Assembly (NCBI GenBank): GCA_030167865.1
Contig: JALAGF010004837.1
Coordinates: 186,001-250,000, forward strand
Reading direction: 5' to 3'
DNA: 64,000 bases
Origin: Craspedostauros australis
Taxonomy: Eukaryota
A model generated the notes under the pieces. The model saw only the letters and a program-made list of their open reading frames with translations, had not been told where the DNA came from and searched no databases. Made by a program: the position numbers and the translations under genes. Positions 23,301 to 34,975 of the stretch are shown here, piece after piece (the stretch's first letter is position 1; every line of letters begins with the position of its first letter).

Positions 23301-25238
23301 ATGCTGTTCTCCGCTTCCATACAGTCCATCTACGAAGACAAGTTTCTTGACAACAAGGGGAAGACGGTAACGAACTCATTCCTCCAGAATCGGCTGATGC
23401 ACCGTCGTCGCATTCAGGAGTACACCATCGATGTGAACGATGGCAAAGCCGCAAATGAAGGCCAAAAGCAATCGGCCTTGTTGCATTCCATCATCGAATC
23501 GCAAAGGTTCATCATGGAACAATTTCGCGAGAACTCGATGCATATGCAAGAAGAGATTCTGCCCTACATCGCCGAGCTGCGGGTCGAAGTGGAGGCTGCG
23601 GCGAAGGAACTCGAGCTCAATGGTTCGAGAGTGCTGGCGGAGATGAAACGATCCGAGATGGAGATCAACAAGATATGGGGTAAGTTCACTGATGAGGCTT
23701 GTTGTGCAACATCGAGATGATCGCTGGTATCCTTGCCGTTGTTTGTCTCGTTCACGCCGTCCCATGGCAAGTTGACCGAGCTGAAATGTCTGCAGCAGAA
23801 TGAGTCTGGTGCTCGTGCATCAACTGCATCTTGATCAAATGTGATGGGATACCATGCGATGCCAGATTGATGCCGTCATGCACAAATTATCACCATGTCT
23901 ACCGGTGCAGATGCCACCCTCCGCTTTCTCACACTGCTGCATGCAACACCACTCCGGTATTGACTACATGTTCGATTTGACTTCGGGTCGACTTCCTGCA
24001 CTCTCTCATACTACATTCTGCCCTCTTCGACTTGACTCTGCCATTGTTACAATTCCACCATCGTATGGGACATCGCACTTCAACCAACAGACATGTTTGA
24101 TGGTATGGTGACAGGGGATTTGATGGAATACAGCGTGCACGGAAGTCTTCATGGATCGACTCACGGCTCCAGCTTGCATGGGACCGCCAATTATGGCTCA
24201 AGCATGCATGGCCTGCTCACACCACGCGGTGACACCGAGTCAGCATTGGGCGGCATGTCCACGACTTCTCCAATTTTGAAGGGACCTTTGCGTACGGCCA
24301 ACGTCGTAGAGGACGGTTGGTTGGTGGAGACGTACTACCGCTCAGCCGTATTGTACCAAAGCACTTTGTTCGATCTTGGGAGGAAGGAGCTGAAGGAGGT
24401 GTACGGGAAGATTGCGGGCGTGCAGCACAAGGTGCAACGCAGGCTGCAGGAGTCGATGCTCACCTTCGTCCCACGTCAGCGCCGTCTGTTCACAGGCCTG
24501 CCCGAGCACTTCAAGGTGATCTTGGAGGATTTGGTGGGGCTCCGCATCGACGAGGAAACTTTGGAGGCGGTCATCGATGGATCGATCAAGGAGAGATCTC
24601 ACACACACCTGAAGAGCTCGTACATGCACAAATCGTCCATCATGAATCGATCGCGGCTGGAGGGGAAGACGCAGGAAACGAAGATCGAGGACATCGAAAT
24701 GGTGTTCGGGGACCCGTTGGAAAGTTCCATGGTGCGGAACAAGCAGCTGGTGGAGCTGAAACCATCGGTGCTCGGATCGTTGGTCAACGCCACGTGGAAG
24801 ACGGCGCTGATCATCGTGACGTCGGATGGCATGATGCACGTTTTGGAGGTGCCGCAACCTTTCTCGTCCTCCCTCACCGTGGAAGAAGCCTTCAACTCGC
24901 TGCTGCCGTCGGACGATCTGACCACGATCCAGGATTGGTCGCAACAGCGAAAGCAGGTCGTCAAACGTCTCACGCCGTTCATGACCTTGAACTTCTCGAA
25001 GAGCACCGTCTCGGTGACTACCATGCGAAAAAGCCAGATCGAGATTGTGGAGGAGAACAAGGCAAACACCGGCCGTGGTTCCAGGTTCTTGCTCAACGCC
25101 GCCCAAGGCCAACGGGGGAAGAAGTGCGTCCTGCGGCTCCCATCACCGGCCGAGGCCTCCGAATGGTTGTCTGTTCTGGAGAAGGTGAAGGAAGATATCG
25201 TGACTTCCCAAACCAACGCAGGCAACGGCCGCAAGTAG
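20367..25238 (+). CDS. Uncharacterised protein of about 1486 aa: N-terminal Cys/His domain, Q-rich and acidic disordered middle, C-terminal BAR-like helical region and PH-like domain. Exons 20367..23679 and 24091..25238.
   Basis: ORFs of 1117 and 381 aa are joined in frame by intron 23680..24090 (GTAAGT...CAG; IW G|AC = IWDMF). The C-terminus has WKTALIIVTSDGMMHVLE and LRLPSPAEASEWLSVLE, a PH-type pattern. Domain calls are inference. Confidence 0.82.
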
Positions 25239-26128
25239 GAACAGGATGAACACAAACACGGACACTCTCGCACAACTACGACTGCGACTGCGACTAGAAG
25301 GTCCGAGAATAGTGAATGAGCTTCTGTGGTCCATAATAGCATATAATAATACAACAGAATGGAATAGTGCTCCAGCAAATGCCGTGTCCCAGCATCTCTT
25401 TACGAGCAGCAGCAGAGAAAGGTTAGAAGAGGGCGTGCCGACGGTGCCAATACGCTTGTTTGTGTGGTGGTTTGCCTTGTTGCATTTGACGTGCGGCGCG
25501 AGAACAACAGGTATTCCGCAATTCCGTTTTTGGTCACTTCACGCCAACAGCAATTCATTTACAATTGTGGGCGCCCGTGCTTAAAATTCGGTTTGTCCAT
25601 AGTCGAGATCGAAAAACACATGCAAAAAATTTTTATTCAGGCCTGTATAGAATTCAATGATGACATCCCAGAAAAGCTGACCGTTGATCCCATGTGGCTG
25701 GCTGGCGCGGGTATTGGCGACGAAAGGTTGGCTCCTCGTGCCAACTGCTGTCGAAAGCAAAGTGACGAGGCCAGAACTTCGGGCGAAGTGCACCGTAGCG
25801 CAACGACACGAATTGTGGCGAAGAAACGAATGAAGGCAACGGCAGCGAGGGAGAGAGGAACATGTTGTATCCGTCCGCGTATTGGCGGCGAGGGTGGCAG
25901 TCTCCGTTGGACTCTACGCACCATACTCTCACGGTGAGGACGGATCTGTTGCAACAGCCAAACCGAATCCATCCTTTCCCAGTTCAGTCGTCGCAGCGGT
26001 CCACCTTTCTCCACCACTCTCGTTGTCTTCATCAGCCTCTCACAAGAGAACAAAACAAGACAGCATCGACCAGCAGCAACCAGCACCCACATAACTGCCC
26101 GAGACCCCCATACCACCAATCCACGACG

Positions 26129-27268
26129 ATGATGTTCCGAATCTCCCTCATCAGCACCCTCCTGGCTGGTGCCGCCGCCGCCACCGGTCGCGTGATCAAC
26201 CAAGCCAACGGAGACATCAGATCCGACTCCGCCATGGGTCGCCACTTGATGCAGCATGCCCGTAGCCTGGAAAACAACCAGCAGGATGTCAGCTTCCTCG
26301 GAGCCTACAGCCTCAAGTTCCAAGGATGCCACCACGTCCAGCAGTGGAACAACGAGGCCGACGGCGAGGATGATGTCCGCATCAAGACCAAGCGCCTCGT
26401 TCGATTCCGACTCTGCCCAGCCGACTCCTGCACGTCCTCGGCATCCGGCTGCTCCTCTTACTACGGAGACTACATCGTCGACATGGCCACTTTCGTCGAG
26501 GCATACCTGACTGCCAAGGAAGAGGAGGCCGACCGTTTCTGCAGCCTGGCATACAGCGAGTGCAACAGCCTCTGCGACAGCGACACTGACTGCCAGGCTA
26601 CCTGCATGACTGAGCTCGCATTCCCAGACTGCTTGTACAATAACAACAACAACAACAATGGAAACCAGAACGACCAGGAAGAGTTCGACGTCAAGGATTA
26701 CGCCGAGTGTGGACAGTTCGACTTTGGTGGCGGACGTCGTTTGGACCAGAACAACAACAACTACGAGGAGGTCGAGTACTTCCTCGGGCCATACTGCGCC
26801 GACCAGGGTGGTGAGATCCACTTGGGACTCTTCACTGATGACACCTGCTCCACTTTCGCCCAGAACGGAGAGTCCATGTTCTACAACTCCCGTGGCTACG
26901 AACTGCCCTACTCCGATGCCTCCCTCGTCACCTCCATGTGCCTGACCTGCGCAGGGTACAACCAGAACGGCGAGTACGAGCAGTCCGAGCTGTGCGAGAC
27001 TGTCTACGAGACATCTGGGAAGTGCGAAGAGAAGATGTCCATCTCCTACCCAAGCAGCTCTTCGTGCGATTACATCTCGGGCATCAAGATCCTTCACGAG
27101 GATGGTGTCATGCGCGGTGCCTCCACAAGGAAGTCCAAGGCCGCAGCTGTCAGCATCGGCTTCTTCCTCACCATCGCCGTGCTCCTCGGTGCCTACGTCT
27201 ACTACCTCCAGACCAAGCTGTCGCGCGCTCGTGTCAACCTTGCCGCCGCCTCCCAGACCCTCACCTAA
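26129..27268 (+). CDS. Silicanin-1 (Sin1)-family silica deposition vesicle membrane protein, 379 aa
   Basis: Signal peptide, propeptide ending ARSL (RxL), SLKFQGCH and LVRFRLCP motifs, N/Q runs, 18 lumenal Cys by my count, one TM helix (AAVSIGFFLTIAVLLGAYVYYL) and a short basic tail. This matches the described silicanin-1 architecture. Orthologue versus paralogue is not determinable. Confidence 0.9.
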   Translation: MMFRISLISTLLAGAAAATGRVINQANGDIRSDSAMGRHLMQHARSLENNQQDVSFLGAYSLKFQGCHHVQQWNNEADGEDDVRIKTKRLVRFRLCPADSCTSSASGCSSYYGDYIVDMATFVEAYLTAKEEEADRFCSLAYSECNSLCDSDTDCQATCMTELAFPDCLYNNNNNNNGNQNDQEEFDVKDYAECGQFDFGGGRRLDQNNNNYEEVEYFLGPYCADQGGEIHLGLFTDDTCSTFAQNGESMFYNSRGYELPYSDASLVTSMCLTCAGYNQNGEYEQSELCETVYETSGKCEEKMSISYPSSSSCDYISGIKILHEDGVMRGASTRKSKAAAVSIGFFLTIAVLLGAYVYYLQTKLSRARVNLAAASQTLT

Positions 27269-27851
27269 GCAGTATCATCCATGTCTGTTCATTTCCAAGC
27301 ACGCTGCGCTTACCCCTTTCCATCACCCATGGATGGATTGCAGGTGGCGGCGACCACAGGACGCGTCAAATAGCAATAAGTAGAGCGGTGGCAACGAAAC
27401 TCGCCGACAGAATACTCGTATAATGAACCGAAGACTAATGTCGACTCCAGTTGACGTAGTCGTCTGCATGTAACCATAGTACAACACTCAACATTTAGTT
27501 CTGCAACAAGTCTTCTGGTGTGTACGTGGTTGGCTTTTTGACTCTGCATATCATTATTAGTGCAAGACCGTGCAGCATTCTCATGTTGACCATTGCATTT
27601 TGCGTTACAACGAAGAATAAACTTAGTCCCACTCTCGAGTGTGCCTGAGCTTAAACTTACTTCCATACTCGTACCGTACGTCTCACTCTTCCAATCATGT
27701 CGAACTCGTCTTGCTTCGAGTCTTCATTACAAACACAACATTGACATGTTCTTGTCTTTTGAGCTCCGTCACTTCTATCTTTGTGATGGTCAGTGATCAG
27801 TGCACTGTGATCTGATCTTCGTTGTTTTCTTTCTACATATTCCTCACAGCA

Positions 27852-30800
27852 CTAACAGCATCCCAGCATGACGCCATCAGCGGTGGGGCAGCAAAGCCCA
27901 GTCAGCTTGGCCTCGACGCACCCCGGGTTCATCTCACATGTGGCCGATGATGGAGGTGGGGAAGAACCTCCATCTGCGTCTTCGCCACTGCTCGCTTTCG
28001 GCGACGCGGTTGGCGCATCCTGGAACGTCGAGGCGATAGTGACGTTGAAACCCGGCCGCGTGCTGATCCAGTGCAAGATCTGCGTCTTGCTTGCCGCGCT
28101 ATCCAGCTCGTAGCTGACCATGGATTGAGCATCGTGCCAAGCCTGGTTGGCATCCAGGATGGCAGCAACTGAGGTTGTGTAACCACGCCACGAATTCGGC
28201 ACGTCGGTGCCGATCTTGCTGAGAAGGTATGGGTACTCCTTGGCAACGTAGTCTCGGTTCAGAAGGATGGCAGTCACTGCCGTGATGGGAAGCACGTTGA
28301 TCATGTGGACGTACAGGGGATTGTTGCCAAACCAGGTGTGGATGTTGACATCCAGCATGCCCAAGTTGCCCACCATGTAGCTTTTCGCGAATTCTGCGTT
28401 GTAGATTTCGACACTCTCAACCGTCGATTGCTGCGACTGCTTGCCGAGAGCACGTCGGGAGTTTGAGTCTGCACCGTGTTCGTTGGGGGAAAGCGAGCTG
28501 TTTGTGCCGCTGCCATCTTCGACGGGAGGATCTGGTGGCATCATGTGCCAGTACGTCTGCGCTCCACGAATCTCGGTTGCCAGCATCAGCCGGGCGAAAT
28601 CGGTGATGCCGGATGGATCGTTGTCACCATGGCGAATGAGCGACCACAAGTACGCGCCAAAGTAGCAATTGACCGCCTCGCTGGAGCTCTCCTGGGACTT
28701 GCCGTCGGCGAATGGAAACAATCCAGTCGCAAAGGAGTGTCCGTCGAACCAGGACTTGTGTCTTGCGAATGGGAAGAACGCCTCGCTGCCGTACACGATC
28801 GTCTCGGAGTCCTTGTTGCCGTAGTAGGCAACATCCGCAAAGACGGAATCGACGTAGGTGCCGAATGTTGAGACGAAGGTGGAGTTCATGTTACCCATCA
28901 GCGCAGACGCGTACAGGATGTACCCGTAATGGAAATGGTGATCTGGTGGATCATCCAGAGGAGACGCGTGCGAGGTAGGCAAGTGATGGTTGAGGGAAGT
29001 TTCGCACAAACAGAGCATTTTGACGAGGATGTGAGAAGACGGGTGCAATCGCAATCGCACCCGAAGGCTCAGTCTTGGCTTCTGTGCGCGGATAGCAACT
29101 GTGATGTTCACAAACTAACGACACAATCAAACAATCAATCAAGTGTACGTGGACTGTCGCGAAACCAAACACTCCATGTTCGCTCACCATTGTATCTGCC
29201 GTTGCCGAAGTCAGAATCAGGAACCTCGAGCCCGTGCTTTGCCACCAGGCCTCCAAGCTTCGTGTCAAAGAGCAACTCATCTTGTGTGCCACCAGTGAAG
29301 AGCACCTCAAGGAATCCCCATAGTTTTACCTCCGCATTTTCGAGGACTGGAAGGTACTTGTCGACGATGTGCTCAGGCACATTGTTGTCGTTGTTGCTGC
29401 TGCTGCTGCTGCTGCCGTCGCTGTTGCTGCTGACACCACCAATACCCAATCCCAACAATCTCCTGCAAACGTGCAGGATCTGCGCAAATCTGGCAGTCTG
29501 CTTGCCGAAGCCGTAAATGTCTTCATCTTGGGTTGGGCTAATGCGTGTGAGATCATCCATGGCTTGTTCCAAAATCACTTCACGCACCCCATCATCCCAC
29601 GAACTGACTGGTCCATCGAACTTGAGATCCAGCAAGGGTTCATGAAGCGACCACGATGATCCAATCACCGGCCTCATCTCACCCTTGATGCAACGGTAGG
29701 TCATGTTGAAGTGCTGACGATCGAGCACCGAGTCCGCTGGCAGGACTTGCAGGTGGTGTGGCAACGCCAGCATGAGCAAATCCTTCCTCGCCGCATGGGG
29801 TTGCAGGTAGTTCTCATTCATCAGCTCCGTTTCAAAGTTGAATCGAAGGGTGGCGTACTTGCTGGTCGCGTTCGTTGCCTGGTCCTGCTCTTGCTTGGCG
29901 CCTGATGCATGTGAGGTCCGGCTGAACCCCCATGTGACGTCTCCGCCCACCGGATACACCCCGACGTGGTGCACGAGCCGCCGCAACCCCGTGGACGCAA
30001 GCGAAACATCATCCTTTGATGGAATGATGGCGACGCGCATGACACCAGTGAATTTCTCTGTCGATTTGACCATCGTTTTTTCGATTGGATCAAACATGAA
30101 GTCGACAGGTTCTGATGTGAACACCATCCAGGAATATCCCTCCTGCGTCTTGAGGATGAATTGCACCCCTCGGACGTACGTCACATGCTCATCCGAGTCC
30201 TGCATATGTATCGTGCGGGTGTAGGTGCAACGGTGAGAGAGGAAGACGGAGAATAGATACATAGCGACATGGAATGATGATGATTGCACGTTGATTGGGT
30301 GAGTTTCCAGTGTGCCACTTCTGTGTTGCACTGCATCTGTAACATGACGTGTAAGTTCAGGTCAGTCCAGTCTGGTTCGATTGATACCGAAGTGAGGCAG
30401 GATAGGATAGTTTCAAACAAAACAAGACAAAACAACGAACGAACAAAGCCACTCACGTCGATGGTGCAGACTCCGAAGAGTTTTCGGCCTGTGCCGTCGC
30501 CATTGGATCCGCCCCCATCGTTCTGAAGATCCTCAAAGTTCTCTGCATCGTCTCCCGGGCATTGCACTGCCTTGAATTTGCTGAGGGAATGGATCATGGG
30601 CGTTGCACGCTTGAACTTGAACGTGGCATACGGACTCCCTTGCACCAGCGTCGTTTCCCACTTGGTCGACTTGGCCGACATCGATTTGCTGAATTCCAAG
30701 GTGACGCTGAGAGGATCAAAACGGGTGACTTTGCGATTGTCCACGCCATCCTCCAGAACCATGAAGGTGAGGTCCGGCATGCTGCTGTCAATGATCATCG

Positions 30801-31500
30801 TGTCCGTGGTGGTCCTGTGGCTGGATGGGTACGATAGCTGCAGGGCGTTCTGGGCCCACCGGTAGGCATACGGATACACGGCTGCCGGGTAGGAGAACTG
30901 CTCTCCTTGCGGTGGCGGGACAACGAGGTTGGTCCAGAATGCCCCTGTTGGGAATGGGAAGCTGAAGAAGTTGTCATCGCTGTGCTTCGCCAGTAGATCG
31001 GAATGAAACAATCGGATGTCGAGGATGCCCTCGACGGGGTCATGGAAATCGGCCCGGTCGACCGATTGGAAGGGGACATGGAGAATCGCCGATGCCGGGA
31101 TGACGAGGCTGGCAGACCGGGGGAAGAAGATGATGAGGAATATGCCCATGACGAGAGTGAGGAACGCCACGATGAGGACTCTGTTGACTCCGTATGCGCT
31201 AGTGGGTTGACCACCACTGCCCTCGTTCTGTCTTTGGCTTTGCGAGAGGGGGGACTGACTGTCGCGGAAGAGGCCCGAGTTCTCTCTCCTCTTGTCCATC
31301 ACGGACGGCTGACCAGCACGGCGTTGCTGGAGATCGTCCTCAGCATCGGTGTTGACCAGCGCCTCGCCCAGCAGCTCTGATTCCTCATGCGTATGTTCGT
31401 CCATATCCTCAGAGTCCGCATGGATGGCCACACGGCCATTGGTGCCGCCGTTCATTCCCATGCTGCCATACGAGGCAGACTGAGGATGAGCCGTTGTCAT
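27852..31500 (-). CDS. Endo-1,3-beta-glucanase, glycoside hydrolase family 81, membrane-anchored, about 1048 aa. Exons 31500..30457, 30199..29188, 28942..27852.
   Basis: FPTGAFWTNL, LVQGSPYAT, LMLALPHH, DFGNGRYN|DHHFHYGY (rebuilt across intron 29187..28943), WFDGHSFATGL and SQESSSEAVNCY (catalytic Glu motif). Intron 30456..30200 is phase 0. Confidence 0.93.
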
Positions 31501-33324
31501 GTCCAAACCACTGCTCTTCGTTCTGCGCTGTGTGAGTGTGTGAGTGTGTGCGTGCTGTGGTGCTTCAGAAGTGGCTGTAGGTGCAGCTGTAGGTGTGGCT
31601 GCGACTCTGTGTGCAACTGGTGTGGATCGTTTGGGGTGCCAAGTGGATGTGCCACTGGTCAGCGCCACTGGAGAGATCTTCAGTGATCTTCACTCCACAC
31701 CTTTCCTCAACAGCCTTGCTTCGCCTTGGATCAGTCACTCAGTCAATCAATCGAAGTGGATCGCACTACAGTGGTGTTGTGGTGTTGTGGTTGGCTTGCT
31801 GGCTATTAAAACGACCGGTTGTGGTCTTTCGATGTCCGGCTAGTGCGTTGCGACAACCAGTTTGGTGGGACGGAATACTGTATTATTATGCTGTGTGCAA
31901 TCTGTGCTTGCAGACCACCTCTCTTGCTCTCTTGTGGCATCAAACCGTCCTCCACAGATTGCTTTCTTTCGTCTGCTCTCCTCTGCTCCAACGGTATTTT
32001 GTGTGAGTGCCTGCGCCCCAACCAACGAGCACGCAGCTGTTTGGTCTTGTTGCGGAGGCCTATCGGAACGTATTCACCCCACGCAAAAATCCTCCATCTC
32101 GCCGGCGACAGTGGACACAAGAGACAAAGGATTCGAGTGTGTTCGTCTTCGTTGGTGTCGGAGTCGATCAACACATGAAAACAAGGGCTGTGTCTCGAAG
32201 GGACTACATCAGGACCCTCCACACGGAATGCGCAGAACAAAACTGTTCACCCTTCGCCACTTACTCCCAACCGCCCGCCAAAATTAGATGGGAGAACACA
32301 AGCGAGGCCCACTCTCAGTTTTCCAAAATTGATGGACGTCGACGACGAAGGTGTCAACCGCTGTTGCCCCGAGGTGTAGATGCAGTTCCTATTCTCGGTT
32401 TATCGGCCAGCGTGGATTCCTCCCAACCCTCGTATGAGGCCTCATCTTACATGCTGCTTTCCGCGTAACACGTCGTCGCGGAGTACGTACCTACACTTGA
32501 GTGCTCCGCGAGTTGCTCTTGTTGAAGATAACCTCAACGCGAAGGTTTGATGGTGTGGCAGAGGGTGTCTTCAGTTTTAATCCTAGGTCGTACGAGCTGG
32601 GACTATCTCTCTATCTCCGGGGAAGAGAGAAAGAGAGAGAGATGGGTCGGTGCGCAAGTAATAGTGACGGTTCTTGCGGTAGAGTGGTCTTCCACACCAT
32701 TCAAGGACCCAACCGCCACCACGATTCAGGACGCTCTTCCGAGTTGCGCGATGATGCTTTCTTCATTGTTTCTCACATGTTCTCCACGACAAACTATGAC
32801 CTACGACTATCCTGCACCATTTTTGCACACGGAACCTGCAAGACATGCAAGTCGTTGTTGCGTCTCGGGAGGTAACTGCTGGCATTCATAATGCTGCTGC
32901 TGAAGTGCTCCATCGTCGCATACTATCATTCTAGTTGGCAACATTGGAATGGCCAAAGCTAGAGAGAGAGAGAGACAGTCGCATTTGGGGAGCCTTGTGT
33001 CTTTGTAGGTTTAGAAACTATGTGGGTACTTCGACTAATACGACTTCCACAAACTCGCGACGACCCGGATGTACCAAAACAGCATTCCTCGCGCACCACA
33101 AAAGCCACACTGAACACGAAACCCACCGAAGTGGACAGTCTGCATCGGCAAACGAGAACATCCGCCAAGAGCCAACGAAGGATAACGTCGCACCCACACC
33201 ACACATACCTTTCGACTCTGTCCATACCATACCAGTGCATGCGAGGAAGTACCAACCACAGCCCCATCTGCAACAGCAACCAACCAACAGCCAAGAGTGC
33301 ATTAACGAACAACCGTAATCCAAG

Positions 33325-33627
33325 ATGCAGCAAGAAGAACAGGCCAAGCAGCTGGACTCCGTGACGGACCGCGTGACGGAGACCGAGCTCGATGCGTCGA
33401 AGGCGCAGGAGGCGATGAGCGCCCTGTCGACCGCCAAGAAGGAGGAGGATTCCAAGGCGTCCGCCATCGCGGCGATGTCCATATCCAAGGACGATGTGAA
33501 GCTGATCGTGCAGGAAATGGAGGTCACGGAAGAGCTGGCCGATCAAACGCTGCGCGAGGTCGGGGTGGACCTGAATACCAACGACAAGCTGCTGGAGCAC
33601 GCCCTGCGACGTCTCGTCAAGTCATGA
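33325..33627 (+). CDS. HYPK: HYPK-like protein (NatA-associated, C-terminal UBA-like domain)
   Basis: LDSVTDRVTETELD and ISKDDVKLIVQEMEVTEELADQTLRE...ALRRLV follow the HYPK pattern; strongly coding-like codon usage. Confidence 0.82.
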   Translation: MQQEEQAKQLDSVTDRVTETELDASKAQEAMSALSTAKKEEDSKASAIAAMSISKDDVKLIVQEMEVTEELADQTLREVGVDLNTNDKLLEHALRRLVKS

Positions 33628-34975
33628 TCGGTGGGCGGGTCTGCATCGTGGCGCTGAGGCTATCCATGCTCTGCCGCGGTTGAGAGGAGACGCATGCACA
33701 TGTGCGTTTCATTCTGATGCGACCGTTTGTCCTGAGCCGTGCAGTACCATCCAAATCTGACCAAACCAATGGCGCTTGCACACGCAAGTTTCAGTGCAGA
33801 ATGATCGCAGAACTGACTGTTCTACGAGCGACGTGCTGAATCTACACGCTGCACGAATATGATTCTTGATACGGATAACCTGCTGGGCTCATCATGCATC
33901 ATGCGCGTGCATATTCGAAGGTTGATCGATCGATCTGAGAACACAAGCAGCGCGATTGATGTACCACAAACGAGACTATTGTGGAGAGACACGCACACTG
34001 TTGCGGAATAATACAAAGGAATGAATGGGAACGAGTGGCCGGGGTCTATGCATGGTATGATACAGTAGTGAACGACTCCACGAGTACATAGACAATGATT
34101 GGTAAACGCAGGATAGAAACGTACTCGTTCGTTTGGTACTGGTACTGGTACTGGTGTTGTTGTGGGCTTCAACTGGGTGGAAGCAAGTTGACGAACTGTG
34201 TGGGCGTGATGCAAAACAAGGCAAGATCAACACGTAAATTACGTCTTGGATGATAGCACGGTGCGTTCTTGCCTCCCCAGCTCGGCGCAGCCCCTCTCTC
34301 TCTCTCTTGAGCCACGTAATGGGTGGGACATCAGAAGTGCGAGTATTGTGCTTTCTTCATTGTACTTGTGCACTCTGCGAGTAGAGAATACTTGACCTTG
34401 ATCTCTCTCTCTCTAGATCACACACGATAGATTGCTCGCAGTCACACAGATCGACTGTCTGACACCTTTTCCTGTTTGGTGGAGTGACTTGGCGGTCTTG
34501 TGATGACTCCCGCCAACACCGTCGACAAAAACAAGAAGGAACAAGAGCAAGAAAGGGAACGATCCCCGCTCAACTCGCACACAGAGAGAAGAGGGAAGCG
34601 GAGAGTGAGCAAGAAGAGCAGGCAGCTCGTTTCCGCGAAAGAAACACTTGATCTGCACTGAGACGAGTCCACAACAAGACCAAGAGGCATAAAGTTGGAC
34701 GCCTCCACACCATCCACAAGGCAGCACCGTTCCAGTGTGCTCCACTTGTACTCCTCAACATCTTCGCTCGAGGCTGCTTCTGACACTGCCGCTTTCACGA
34801 ACCGGATCCAAGAGAGAAGACACGACAAGAACTGGTGGCCTCGACTTGCGAATCGTTGATCGCGGACTCTCTCCTCGGACGTGGACGAACTACGCTTTTG
34901 CGAAAACAAGTATTCTCGGTCCCCTCAACAGCGATCGCCTTGCCACACAACGACGCAGACAAGCGAATTGCCACC

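Noticed and set aside
25862-26128. 89-codon in-frame upstream extension of the silicanin ORF
   Set aside because: It would bury the signal peptide, and its CA-rich composition resembles a 5' leader.
25637-27097. 486-aa ORF antisense to the silicanin gene
   Set aside because: The Val-rich text is the reverse reading of AAC/GAC codons; the sense gene explains it.
31501-33324. Candidate ncRNA or small gene in the GH81-HYPK gap
   Set aside because: I could not identify a tRNA cloverleaf, paired C/D boxes or a convincing ORF by eye; an Infernal/Rfam scan would be decisive.
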